A DNA stretch of 64,000 bases, taken from Rhizomicrobium sp. GTDB taxonomy: Bacteria; Pseudomonadota; Alphaproteobacteria; Micropepsales; Micropepsaceae. This document shows positions 29,367 to 38,307 of the stretch, one piece after another. Under the pieces are notes generated by a model. The model was given only the letters and a program-made list of their open reading frames with translations. It did no database searches and was not told the origin of the DNA. The first letter of the stretch is position 1. The number at the start of each line of letters is the position of its first letter. Location of the stretch: assembly GCA_036490455.1 (NCBI GenBank), contig DASXDS010000007.1, positions 855 to 64,854 of the forward strand, given 5' to 3'. A program made the translations under genes and the position numbers.

Positions 29367-30248
29367 ATGACGAAGATCCCGGTCTTCAAGACCGTCGCAG
29401 ACGCCTATGTTTTCACGTTCAACAACCTGGGCGTGATTGCCGGTCTGATCTGGATACCGATGCTTGCGTTCACGGTGCTCGCCTTCTTCGCCCAGTCCAC
29501 CTACCTCGACGCCATGATCGCCTATCAGACCACCAAGAATCCCGCCGATGCGTGGCCGGGCGTCATGTGGCTATTTGTGCTGGTGTTTGCGGCCCTGCTC
29601 GCGAACGCGATGATGATCGTCCCGGTGCTGCAGCAGGCGCTCGGCACCCGCAAAGGCCATGCGCTCGCGCATTTCGCGCTGGGCCAGCCGGAATGGCGCG
29701 TGTTCGGCAGCTATCTCATGCTGATGGCAATCGTTTTCGCGGTCGTCATCGTCGCGACGGTCCTGAACGGCCTGTTCTTCCGGGGAATCCTGACGCTCGA
29801 TCCGGGTGCGGCCACCGCGCCGGCGGTCACGGCGCTTCTGTCGGTGATCGCGCTCGTGCTGATCGTGGGCTGTGCCGTCGTCTTCGCCAGGCTCGGGTTC
29901 TTCGTTCCGGCCGTGGCGGTGGTGGAAGAGAAGATCGATCTGATGCGCGGCTGGTCTCTTGCGCACGGCAACATGCTTCGGATCATCGCCGTCGTGGTGC
30001 TCATCGCGCTTCCCGTTGTCGTGTTGTACACCGCGTTCCAGATCGCGGTGTTCGGCTGGGCCGCGACGGTCTCGTCCAATGGACAGTCGTCGCTGGCCGA
30101 GATGCAAGCCGCGCACGAGCACATGCCGCTGACCGAAGCGTTCGGTTTCTTCATCGCGCCGCTCACCGTCGGCCTCAACGCCGGTGCGGTGGCGAGCGTT
30201 TACCGGACGCTCGTCTCGGGTCCGCGACCGGCGATACCGCCGCAATAG
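29367..30248 (+). CDS. polytopic membrane protein of unknown function, paralogue 1
   Basis: ATG at 29367 within the long track ORF 27777..30248. About 6 TM helices. The N-terminus IPVFKTVADAYVFTFNNLGVIAGLIWIPML parallels the next gene. Confidence 0.7.
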   Translation: MTKIPVFKTVADAYVFTFNNLGVIAGLIWIPMLAFTVLAFFAQSTYLDAMIAYQTTKNPADAWPGVMWLFVLVFAALLANAMMIVPVLQQALGTRKGHALAHFALGQPEWRVFGSYLMLMAIVFAVVIVATVLNGLFFRGILTLDPGAATAPAVTALLSVIALVLIVGCAVVFARLGFFVPAVAVVEEKIDLMRGWSLAHGNMLRIIAVVVLIALPVVVLYTAFQIAVFGWAATVSSNGQSSLAEMQAAHEHMPLTEAFGFFIAPLTVGLNAGAVASVYRTLVSGPRPAIPPQ

Positions 30249-30305
30249 CGTAGCGAACCTGGCGCTCCTATACTGCGGCGAAGCTCCGGCCGCAGGCAGC
30301 GCGCG

Positions 30306-31211
30306 ATGAACAGGATTCCCGTCGGACAGACGATCGCGCAGGCGTATCGCTTCGCATTCGGCCGCTATCTGACCGTGCTCGGTATCGTCTGGGTGCCGCT
30401 GCTGATCTCGCTGTCGCTGCTGTATTTCTTCCGGTTCTCCGCGCATGCGCACACGGTGGGTATCGATCCGATGGCGGCGCGCGCGAGTTTTCTGATTCAG
30501 ATCGTCAACATCGTGCTGTTCGCCGTCGTGGCGGTCGGCATCAACAAGGAAATCCTCGGGCTGCCCCGCGGCTCGCGCTTTTTCTACGTCGGTTTCGGCG
30601 GCGCGGAGTTGCGGGTAATCGTCGGTTCCTTTGCGCTCGCGTTGCTCTTCATCGTGTTCGTCGTCGCCTTCATCCTCGCCGTACTCGTGCTTGCGTTCGT
30701 CGCGCGCATCGTAGCGGGTCAGATGCCGTTGGACGGCCGGCTGGCGATCGCCTTCGTGCTGATCCTTGCCGCCGTGGCGATCTGGCTCGGCCTGATCTAT
30801 GCGATGGTGCGCCTCAGCTTTCTGTTCGTCCCGGCGACGGTTGCGGAGAACCGCATCGGCATCCTGGCCAGCTGGGAGCTTACTGCGGGAAATTTCTGGC
30901 GGATTTTCGCGATCGGGATCTGCGTCCTGCTTCCCTTCATCGTCGTCACGCTGTGCGCGATGATCGCGATCCTGGGACCGGGCTATTTCGCTTTCGTGGT
31001 GCAGCATGCGCAGGACGCGCAGGCGATCCGCGATTATGTCGCGCAACGAATGGCGGCGTTCGATCCCTACGTTCCATACATGATGATCGCCAGCGTTGCG
31101 ATCAATCCGGTGCTGTACGGGTTGATCGTGTCGCCGGCGAGCTTTGCCTACCGCGCGCTCGTGCCGTCGACCCCGCTTCCCACGGCTGAAGCCCCAGGCC
31201 CGATCGTCTAG
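30306..31211 (+). CDS. polytopic membrane protein of unknown function, paralogue 2
   Basis: 301 aa. IPVGQTIAQAYRFAFGRYLTVLGIVWVPLL and SWELTAGNFWRIFAIG mirror paralogue 1 (GWSLAHGNMLRIIAVV). Confidence 0.7.
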   Translation: MNRIPVGQTIAQAYRFAFGRYLTVLGIVWVPLLISLSLLYFFRFSAHAHTVGIDPMAARASFLIQIVNIVLFAVVAVGINKEILGLPRGSRFFYVGFGGAELRVIVGSFALALLFIVFVVAFILAVLVLAFVARIVAGQMPLDGRLAIAFVLILAAVAIWLGLIYAMVRLSFLFVPATVAENRIGILASWELTAGNFWRIFAIGICVLLPFIVVTLCAMIAILGPGYFAFVVQHAQDAQAIRDYVAQRMAAFDPYVPYMMIASVAINPVLYGLIVSPASFAYRALVPSTPLPTAEAPGPIV

Positions 31212-31798
31212 CGGCTGCGCCTCAGACCGGCGACAGCGGTGTCAAGCACCGCGTCGGTGAACGCCGCATCAAGCGGGCCATGGCCGATCAGCAGGCGGAA
31301 ATAGAGCGGCGCGTAGATCAGGTCGAGCGCCACGTCGAGATCGATATCCTTGCGCAGTTCGCGGTTCGCGATGGCGAGCGACAGCATGGTGCGGCCTTCC
31401 TCCCGGCTTTTCAGGATGAAGTGGCTGCGGAAGACTTTCGACAGTTCGCTGTCGTTTTGCGCCGCTGCGATCATCATCGCGGTATTGCGTCCCGCGCGGG
31501 TCGCGAAGGTCTCCGCCACCTTGCGCAGGTGCTGGCGCAGCATATCTAGCGCGTTGCCTTTCTTCCCGGGCGTGCCCACGGGTTTCGCGTTTTCCAGGAA
31601 CGCCGCCATTGCCACCGCCTGCGCGTTTGGCCATTCGCGATAGATGGTGGGCTTGCCCACACCGGCGCGCGCCGCGATCGCTTCCATCGTCACCGCGCCA
31701 ATGCCGCCTTCGTTCAGCAGTGCAAGGGCCGCCTTCAGGATGTTCCCGCGCGCGGTTTGGTCCCTCGGGCGGCCGCGCCGCGGTTGTTCGTCGGCCAT
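31208..31798 (-). CDS. TetR/AcrR family transcriptional regulator
   Basis: MADEQPRRGRPRD start at 31798 within track ORF 31208..32443. HTH segment TMEAIAARAGVGKPTIYREWPN. Confidence 0.9.
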   Translation of the reverse strand: MADEQPRRGRPRDQTARGNILKAALALLNEGGIGAVTMEAIAARAGVGKPTIYREWPNAQAVAMAAFLENAKPVGTPGKKGNALDMLRQHLRKVAETFATRAGRNTAMMIAAAQNDSELSKVFRSHFILKSREEGRTMLSLAIANRELRKDIDLDVALDLIYAPLYFRLLIGHGPLDAAFTDAVLDTAVAGLRRSR

Positions 31799-31800
31799 GA

Positions 31801-31836
31801 TTGACTCGTGGGTTATTTTCGTTACGATACGTAACG
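31801..31836 (+). promoter_or_regulatory. candidate sigma70 promoter (TTGACT-16 nt-TACGAT) overlapped by the palindrome CGTTACG-ATA-CGTAACG (candidate TetR operator)
   Basis: Read directly in the divergent TetR/VOC intergenic region. The palindrome is at 31820-31836. Confidence 0.5.
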
Positions 31837-31864
31837 TAATTAAACGCAAACGGCAAGGTGTGCG

Positions 31865-32314
31865 ATGAGCGGAAGAGGCGCGATGGAATTGACCCCTTAC
31901 ATCACGGTGAAGGGCGCCGCGGCGGCGATCGATTTCTACACCCGGGTGCTCGACGCCAAGGAGCAGTTCCGCCTTAACGGCGAGGACGGCCATATCGGCC
32001 ATGCCGAACTCGCCATCGGCGACGGACGGCTGATGCTCTCGGACGAATCCCCGGCGTTCGGCGCGCTTTCGCCGCTCACCATCGGCGGCACGCCGATCCG
32101 GCTGCATCTCTATGTGCCCGACGTCGATGCAACGTTGCGCAAGGCGGAAGCGGCGGGGGGCACCATCCTGCGCCCGGCGCAGGACCAGTTCTACGGCGAC
32201 CGCTCCGGCCTGTTCGCCGATCCGTTCGGGCATCAATGGTTCGTCGCCACGCGCAAACAGCCCGTGAGTGCGGAAACCATGCAGGAACAGTACACTGACT
32301 CGTTCAAGAGCTGA
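31865..32314 (+). CDS. VOC family protein (PhnB-like)
   Basis: 149 aa. LTPYITVKGAAAAIDFY...HAELAIGDGRLMLSDE...FGHQWFV. Confidence 0.8.
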   Translation: MSGRGAMELTPYITVKGAAAAIDFYTRVLDAKEQFRLNGEDGHIGHAELAIGDGRLMLSDESPAFGALSPLTIGGTPIRLHLYVPDVDATLRKAEAAGGTILRPAQDQFYGDRSGLFADPFGHQWFVATRKQPVSAETMQEQYTDSFKS

Positions 32315-32329
32315 GCGAGGGATCCGCAG

Positions 32330-33592
32330 TTGCGCAACCGTCCGGCGAGCACCGCCGTCGTTCTGGCCGTGGTCTATGTCGACATGCTCGGCATCGGTCT
32401 CGCCTATCCCATTCTGCCGAAGCTGATCCAGCACTTCGAGCACGGCAGCGTTTCGCGCGCGTCCTATATCTTCGGCGCGTTCGCGGCGCTGTTCTCGGTG
32501 GCGCAGTTCGTCTGCGCGCCGCTGATCGGCGTGCTCTCCGATCGCTTCGGACGGCGCTGGGTGATCCTGCCTGCGCTTGTCGGTTCAGGCCTCGCCTATC
32601 TGGTGACGGCGTTCGCACCGAGCCTTGCGGTGCTCGCCGTGGCGCGGGTGATCGCCGGCATGTTCGGCGGGTCCTATTCCACGGCCGGCGCCTATCTCGC
32701 CGATATCACCCCGCCGGAGAAGCGGGCGCAGAGCTTCGGCCTGATCGGCGCCGCGTTCGGGTTCGGCTTCATCACCGGTCCCGCATTGGGCGGGCTGCTC
32801 GGCGGGATCGATCTGCACCTGCCGTTCCTCGTCGCTGCGATTCTGTGTTTCATCGACGCGGCATTCGGTTTCTTCGTGTTGCCGGAATCGCTCGATGCCG
32901 CGCATCGCAAGCCGTTCAGCTGGGGCCGCGCCAATCCCGTCGGCGCTTTGCGCGAGGTCGGCCGCTACGGCTCGGTGCTGGGACTGATGGCGGTCTACCT
33001 GCTCGCGACCTTTGCAAACCGCGTGTCGGAGATGACGTGGGTGCTGTTTACTTCGTATCGCTTCCACTGGTCATCGTTCGAGATCGGACTGTCGCTTGCG
33101 ATGGTCGGCGTGATGTTCGTGGTCGGGCAGGGCGGCCTGGTGCGCGTGATCGTGCCGCGCCTGGGCGAACGCCGCGCGATCTTGCTAGGCCTGTGCGTAG
33201 CGGTGATCGGCATGCTCGCCTATGCGTTCGTGTCCCAGGGCTGGATGGTCTATCCGCTGATGGTGCTGGGCATGCTCGGCTGGACCACGGCGCAGCCGGC
33301 GGTGCAGGGCCTGATGTCGCGATCGGTTCCGCCGAACGAGCAAGGCCTGCTGCAGGGCGCGATCTCCAGCCTGATGAACCTCACCAGCATCGCCGGTCCG
33401 CCGATCTGGACCAGCCTGTTCGGCTATTTCGTGAGCCCGGCGGCGCCATTCATCTTCCCCGGCGCCGCGTTCCTGGCATCGGCGGTGGTGTTCGCGATCG
33501 CGCTTGTGTTGGCGCTGCGCTGGCTGACGGCAGACCACATGACGTTTCCGAAGCAGCCGGTGGCCGAGCCCGCAGGTGCGAGCGCCGATTGA
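32330..33592 (+). CDS. MFS transporter (TetA/DHA1-like)
   Basis: 420 aa, about 12 TM helices. Motif A GVLSDRFGRRWVI. Confidence 0.85.
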   Translation: MRNRPASTAVVLAVVYVDMLGIGLAYPILPKLIQHFEHGSVSRASYIFGAFAALFSVAQFVCAPLIGVLSDRFGRRWVILPALVGSGLAYLVTAFAPSLAVLAVARVIAGMFGGSYSTAGAYLADITPPEKRAQSFGLIGAAFGFGFITGPALGGLLGGIDLHLPFLVAAILCFIDAAFGFFVLPESLDAAHRKPFSWGRANPVGALREVGRYGSVLGLMAVYLLATFANRVSEMTWVLFTSYRFHWSSFEIGLSLAMVGVMFVVGQGGLVRVIVPRLGERRAILLGLCVAVIGMLAYAFVSQGWMVYPLMVLGMLGWTTAQPAVQGLMSRSVPPNEQGLLQGAISSLMNLTSIAGPPIWTSLFGYFVSPAAPFIFPGAAFLASAVVFAIALVLALRWLTADHMTFPKQPVAEPAGASAD

Positions 33593-33629
33593 TTTACTTC
33601 GTTTGATACGTTACAATCACGAAGTAAAT
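33592..33629. other. AT-rich hairpin ATTTACTTCGT-16 nt-ACGAAGTAAAT abutting the MFS stop codon
   Basis: 11-bp perfect stem, read directly. No T-tract follows. The loop TTGATACGTTACAATC resembles the TetR palindrome core. Confidence 0.5.
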
Positions 33630-33644
33630 GCGGAAAGTCTGGAT

Positions 33645-34286
33645 ATGAAAGCGAACCTGCTCGTGGTGAGCGCCGGCGCCGCCAAGGACAACATCGCGCG
33701 GTTCGAAACCGAATTGGCGAAGAACCCGCAGCTGGCCGATATCATGGCGTATGGACGGGGGTGGTACGCCACTCGCACGGCAAAAGGCTGGGCGCTCGGC
33801 CCGTCGAAATTCGCCGGTTATGCGGACAACAGTGCCAAGGCTTATCTTTCCAGCCATCGCGACCGCGACGGCCGTTTGACGGAGCGGGCACTGTCGCAGT
33901 GGTTCGAGGACGTAGAGCCGGGCACTGCGCTTTACGATGAGGTTCATGCTGCGCTGAGAGAACTCTTCGCGCGTTATGGAAAATCGCCGAACAAGCTCCT
34001 GCGTATCAGCGTGCTCAAGAGCGACATCGGCAGCGCGATGGTGCGCAAATCCGGTTCGGGCGCCGCGCAGAACACGCGCATCACGACCGATCCGGACGTG
34101 TGCGGCGGACGTCCCTGCATCAGAGGGATGCGCATCCGGGTCAGCGACGTGCTCGATCTGCTGGCAGCCGGCAACGAGCGCTCTACGATCCTCGCCGATT
34201 ATCCGTATCTCGAAGACGGCGATATCGATGCGGCGCTGGCGTATGCGTCGCGCGCGGTGGACCATCGCGTCATCAAGGCCGCCTGA
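33645..34286 (+). CDS. DUF433 (antitoxin-like) domain protein with an uncharacterised ~150-aa N-terminal extension
   Basis: ATG at 33645 within track ORF 33576..34286. The C-terminus ITTDPDVCGGRPCIRGMRIRVSDVLDLLAAG...ILADYPYLEDGDIDAALAYA is the DUF433 pattern. The N-terminal half belongs to no family I can name. Confidence 0.75.
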   Translation: MKANLLVVSAGAAKDNIARFETELAKNPQLADIMAYGRGWYATRTAKGWALGPSKFAGYADNSAKAYLSSHRDRDGRLTERALSQWFEDVEPGTALYDEVHAALRELFARYGKSPNKLLRISVLKSDIGSAMVRKSGSGAAQNTRITTDPDVCGGRPCIRGMRIRVSDVLDLLAAGNERSTILADYPYLEDGDIDAALAYASRAVDHRVIKAA

Positions 34287-34616
34287 GTGGATTTCCTGAT
34301 CGATGCGCAGTTGCCGCCCGCGCTGGCGCGAGCGCTGACGGACCGGGGCTTCGCCGCCAGGCATCTGTATGACCTGCGCCTGCTGGGCGCGCCCGACCAT
34401 GCGATCTGGCGGCGCGCGATGAAAGAGCGTGCCGCGATCGTCACGAAAGACGAAGACTTTGCGCTTCTCAGAAGAACCGCAAAGACCGGTCCGGTCATCG
34501 TCTGGCTGCGCGTCGGCAATACCGCGAACACCCACCTTATCCCGTGGCTGCTCGCCCTGATGCCGCAGGTGACTGCAGCGATCGCGAACGGCGAGACGCT
34601 GCTGGAATTGCGCTAG
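34287..34616 (+). CDS. DUF5615 (PIN-like/Mut7-C-like) putative toxin
   Basis: 109 aa. GTG start directly after the DUF433 stop. MDFLIDAQLPPALARAL...IVTKDEDFALL. Confidence 0.75.
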   Translation: MDFLIDAQLPPALARALTDRGFAARHLYDLRLLGAPDHAIWRRAMKERAAIVTKDEDFALLRRTAKTGPVIVWLRVGNTANTHLIPWLLALMPQVTAAIANGETLLELR

Positions 34617-34891
34617 AACGTCCGCCGTGCCGTGTGGTAAACGTGAAGAATGGCAATGCTGTCGTTCTCTATGCGGTAGAAGATTTTGAACGGATAGCGG
34701 AGAAGGGGTACGACGCGCACGCCAGCGCTATTCGCTAGCTCCCGCGCGTTTAACGGCCAAATCTCGAGCCGCTCGATCGTCTGGCGAACGCGCCGCTCAA
34801 GCGGTTTTACTTGCTGCGGAAAGTGTCTCGCTGTGTAGGAGAGAATGTCGTCGAGATCCGCAAGCGCGGCGGGCGTAAAGACCGCCTTCAT
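34613..34891 (-). CDS. RelE/ParE family type II toxin
   Basis: 92 aa. ...YTARHFPQQ...VRVVPLLRYPFKIFYRIENDSIAILHVYHTARR. Confidence 0.8.
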   Translation of the reverse strand: MKAVFTPAALADLDDILSYTARHFPQQVKPLERRVRQTIERLEIWPLNARELANSAGVRVVPLLRYPFKIFYRIENDSIAILHVYHTARRTF

Positions 34892-35121
34892 CAGCCGCGG
34901 TATTTGCGAAAGACCGCTTCGACGTCTGCTTCCGATACGAAGCGGCCTGCCCGGACGTCTGACAGTCCGCGATTAATCCCTATAAGCTCGTCTGGAGAAG
35001 CCAAGTACTGCCCAGCGTGGATTTCGCTGTCGATATCGATCGCCAGCTGTTCGAGCTCTTTGCGAGCGGCTTCCGGCCAGTCTTTGGCGCGCAGCAGGAC
35101 ATCTTCAAGCGACTTGGACAT
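34891..35121 (-). CDS. type II antitoxin partner of the ParE/RelE toxin
   Basis: 76 aa. 1-nt overlap with the toxin start. C-terminal GLSDVRAGRFVSEADVEAVFRKY is typical of ParD/Phd-class partners. Confidence 0.7.
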   Translation of the reverse strand: MSKSLEDVLLRAKDWPEAARKELEQLAIDIDSEIHAGQYLASPDELIGINRGLSDVRAGRFVSEADVEAVFRKYRG

Positions 35122-35156
35122 GGTCTCACCTTATCACAAACGATGTGCGCCGTCAG

Positions 35157-38054
35157 TTACTCCGCCGCCTTCATCTTGCCGCGCGCTGGAGCCGCAAGCT
35201 TCTCCGGTGGGCGCGGTTTGAGCAGAGACTTCAGGTACTGCCCGGTGTAGCTGCGTGCCACCTTGGCAACGTCTTCCGGCGTGCCGGTCGCGACGATCTC
35301 GCCGCCGCCGTCGCCGCCTTCCGGGCCGAGGTCGATGATCCAGTCGGCGGTCTTGATGACCTCCAGATTGTGCTCGATCACCACCACGGTGTTGCCGTTG
35401 TCGACCAACTCGTGCAGCACTTCCAACAGCTTCTTTACATCGTGGAAATGCAATCCTGTCGTCGGTTCGTCGAGGATGTAGAGCGTGCGTCCCGTCGCCC
35501 GGCGCGACAATTCCTTCGACAGCTTCACCCGCTGCGCCTCGCCGCCCGACAAGGTCGTCGCCTGCTGGCCGACGGAAATGTAGCCGAGGCCGACGCGCTT
35601 CAGCGTTTCCATCTTCTCCGCGATCGACGGCACCGCCTTGAACAGATCGGCCGCGGCTTCGATCGTCATGTCGAGCACATCCGAAATCGAATGATCGCGG
35701 AATTTCACTTCCAGGGTCTCGCGGTTGTAGCGCTTGCCCTTGCAGACATCGCACTGGACGTAGACGTCGGGCAGGAAGTGCATCTCGATCTTGATGACGC
35801 CGTCGCCCTGGCAGGCTTCGCAGCGTCCGCCTTTCACGTTGAACGAGAAGCGGCCCGGCTGGTAACCGCGCGCTTTCGATTCCGGCAATTCGGTGAACCA
35901 GTCGCGGATCGGCGTGAACGCGCCGGTATAGGTCGCGGGGTTCGAGCGCGGCGTGCGGCCGATCGGCGACTGATCGATGTCGATCACCTTGTCGAGATAT
36001 TCGAGGCCCTCGATCTTGTCGTAAGGCGCGGGATGCTCGCGGCTCTGCGCCAGCTTGCGGGCGGCCGCCTTGTAGAGCGTCTCGATCGTGAGCGTGGATT
36101 TGCCGCCGCCGGAGACGCCGGTGATGCAGGTCATCGTGCCGAGCGGAATTTCGGCCGAGACGTTCTTGAGGTTGTTGCCCTTCGCGCCGCTCACCTTGAG
36201 CCAGCGGTCGTGCGTCGCCTTGCGGCGCTTGGCCGGAATCGGAATCTGCTCGATGCCGACCAGATACTTTCCGGTCAGGCTTTTGGGCGAGGCCATGATC
36301 TCGTCCGGTGTGCCCTCGGCGATGATGTGGCCGCCGTGAATGCCGGCGCCTGGTCCCATGTCGATCACGTGATCGGCGGTGCGGATGGCCTCCTCGTCAT
36401 GTTCGACCACGAGCACAGTGTTGCCCATGTCGCGCAGGCCGCGCAGCGATTCCAGCAGCTTGGCGTTGTCGCGCTGGTGCAGACCGATGCTCGGTTCGTC
36501 CAGCACATACAACACGCCGGTGAGACCGGAACCGATCTGCGAGGCGAGGCGGATGCGCTGACTCTCGCCGCCCGACAGGGTCCCGGAGTTGCGGCTCAGG
36601 GTCAGATAATCGAGACCGACGTTGTTGAGGAATTTCAGGCGCGCGCGAATCTCTTTCAAAATGCGGGCGGCGATTTCCTGCTGCTGCTTGTTGAGCTTCT
36701 TGTCGACGTCGCGGAACCAGGCATCGACCACCCGGATCGATTGTTCGCAGACCTGACCGACATGCAGCCCGGCGATCTTCACCGCGAGCGCTTCCGGTTT
36801 CAGGCGATAGCCGTTGCACACCTCGCACGGGCTGGTGTCCTGGAAGCGTTCCAGTTCCTCGCGCACCCACGACGAATCCGTCTCCTTGAAGCGGCGCTGC
36901 ATGTTCGGGATGACGCCTTCGAACGCTTTCTTGGTCTCGTACCTTCTTAGGCCGTCGTCGTAGATGAACTTGACCTCTTCCTCGCCGGAGCCGTGCAGGA
37001 TGACGTTCTGCGCTTTCTTCGACAGGTCCTCCCAGGCATCGTTGAGCGAGAACTTGTAGTGGCGGCCCAGCGCTTCCAGCGTCTGCAGATAGTAAGGCGA
37101 CGACGATTTCGACCACGGCGCGATCGCGCCCTTGCGCAGCGAGATGCTGTCGTCGGGCACCACGAGCGCCGGATCGAAATAGAGCTGGGTGCCGAGGCCG
37201 TCGCAGGCGGGACAGGCGCCATGCGGGTTGTTGAACGAGAACAGCCGGGGCTCGATCTCCGGAATCGTGAAGCCGGATACCGGGCAGGCAAACTTCGACG
37301 ACATGATCATCTGCTTCGGTTCGCCGTTCTCCTTGATGTCGGCGAACTCGACCACCAGCAGGCCGTCGGCAAGGTTCAGCGCCGTCTCGATGGAATCGGG
37401 CAACCGATTGCCGATGTCCTTCTTCACCGCGATGCGATCGACCACGATCTCGATGTCGTGCTTCAATTTCTTGTCGAGCGCGGGTGTATTCGCGATCTCG
37501 TAGAACTTCCCGTCGATCTTGACGCGCTGAAAGCCCTTCTTCTGCAGCTCGGCCAGTTCCTTGCGGTATTCGCCTTTGCGGCCGCGCACGATGGGCGCGA
37601 GCAGGTAGAGCCGCGTGCCTTCGTCGAGCGTCAGGATGCGGTCGGCCATCTGGCTGACCGTCTGGCTTTCGATGGGAAGTCCGGTCGCCGGCGAATACGG
37701 CACGCCGACGCGGGCGAACAGCAGGCGCAGATAGTCGTAGATCTCGGTGACCGTGCCGACCGTCGAGCGCGGGTTGCGCGAGGTCGTCTTCTGTTCGATC
37801 GAGATCGCCGGCGACAGGCCTTCGATGTGATCGACGTCCGGCTTCTGCATCAGTTCCAGGAACTGGCGGGCATAGGCGGACAGCGATTCCACATAGCGGC
37901 GCTGACCCTCGGCATAGATCGTGTCGAACGCGAGGGACGACTTGCCCGAGCCCGACAGTCCCGTGAGCACCGTCAACGTATCGCGCGGAATCTCGACGTC
38001 GATGTTCTTCAGATTGTGTTCGCGGGCGCCGCGGATCTGGATATTCTTGAGCAT
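35157..38054 (-). CDS. uvrA: excinuclease ABC subunit UvrA
   Basis: [25 protein letters not shown]...[23 protein letters not shown] start at 38054 within track ORF 35157..38183. Two ABC modules and zinc fingers. Confidence 0.95.
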   Translation of the reverse strand: MLKNIQIRGAREHNLKNIDVEIPRDTLTVLTGLSGSGKSSLAFDTIYAEGQRRYVESLSAYARQFLELMQKPDVDHIEGLSPAISIEQKTTSRNPRSTVGTVTEIYDYLRLLFARVGVPYSPATGLPIESQTVSQMADRILTLDEGTRLYLLAPIVRGRKGEYRKELAELQKKGFQRVKIDGKFYEIANTPALDKKLKHDIEIVVDRIAVKKDIGNRLPDSIETALNLADGLLVVEFADIKENGEPKQMIMSSKFACPVSGFTIPEIEPRLFSFNNPHGACPACDGLGTQLYFDPALVVPDDSISLRKGAIAPWSKSSSPYYLQTLEALGRHYKFSLNDAWEDLSKKAQNVILHGSGEEEVKFIYDDGLRRYETKKAFEGVIPNMQRRFKETDSSWVREELERFQDTSPCEVCNGYRLKPEALAVKIAGLHVGQVCEQSIRVVDAWFRDVDKKLNKQQQEIAARILKEIRARLKFLNNVGLDYLTLSRNSGTLSGGESQRIRLASQIGSGLTGVLYVLDEPSIGLHQRDNAKLLESLRGLRDMGNTVLVVEHDEEAIRTADHVIDMGPGAGIHGGHIIAEGTPDEIMASPKSLTGKYLVGIEQIPIPAKRRKATHDRWLKVSGAKGNNLKNVSAEIPLGTMTCITGVSGGGKSTLTIETLYKAAARKLAQSREHPAPYDKIEGLEYLDKVIDIDQSPIGRTPRSNPATYTGAFTPIRDWFTELPESKARGYQPGRFSFNVKGGRCEACQGDGVIKIEMHFLPDVYVQCDVCKGKRYNRETLEVKFRDHSISDVLDMTIEAAADLFKAVPSIAEKMETLKRVGLGYISVGQQATTLSGGEAQRVKLSKELSRRATGRTLYILDEPTTGLHFHDVKKLLEVLHELVDNGNTVVVIEHNLEVIKTADWIIDLGPEGGDGGGEIVATGTPEDVAKVARSYTGQYLKSLLKPRPPEKLAAPARGKMKAAE

Positions 38055-38166
38055 GGTCCTCGGGTCGAAGAAGAGCGAAAGAAGAAGCTTGTTCGGTTCT
38101 GCCCACCCCTCGCAAGCGCGCCGATCAAGGTTCCTGCCATGCATTGGCAGGCGCGAATCCGAAAGG

Positions 38167-38181
38167 GAACAAAAACCGAAC
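38167..38181. promoter_or_regulatory. alphaproteobacterial LexA (SOS) box GAAC-N7-GAAC
   Basis: GAACAAAAACCGAAC read directly, about 113 nt upstream of uvrA. Matches the GTTC-N7-GTTC direct-repeat operator known for Rhodobacter and rhizobia. Confidence 0.7.
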
Positions 38182-38307
38182 ACTCTTACGCGGCGGACCG
38201 GAAAATGTCTATTGCTGTGCGGCCTTTTCGGATTGGACGAAAAAGCCGGGAGCGCGTTGCAGAGTCGCGGTGTCCGTGTGCCGTTTAAATAGTAACAAAA
38301 GCTTCAA

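Noticed and set aside
38133-38151. Palindrome CCTGCCA-TGCAT-TGGCAGG upstream of uvrA.
   Set aside because: It matches no regulator motif I know. The GAAC-N7-GAAC box 16 nt away is the better-supported regulatory element.
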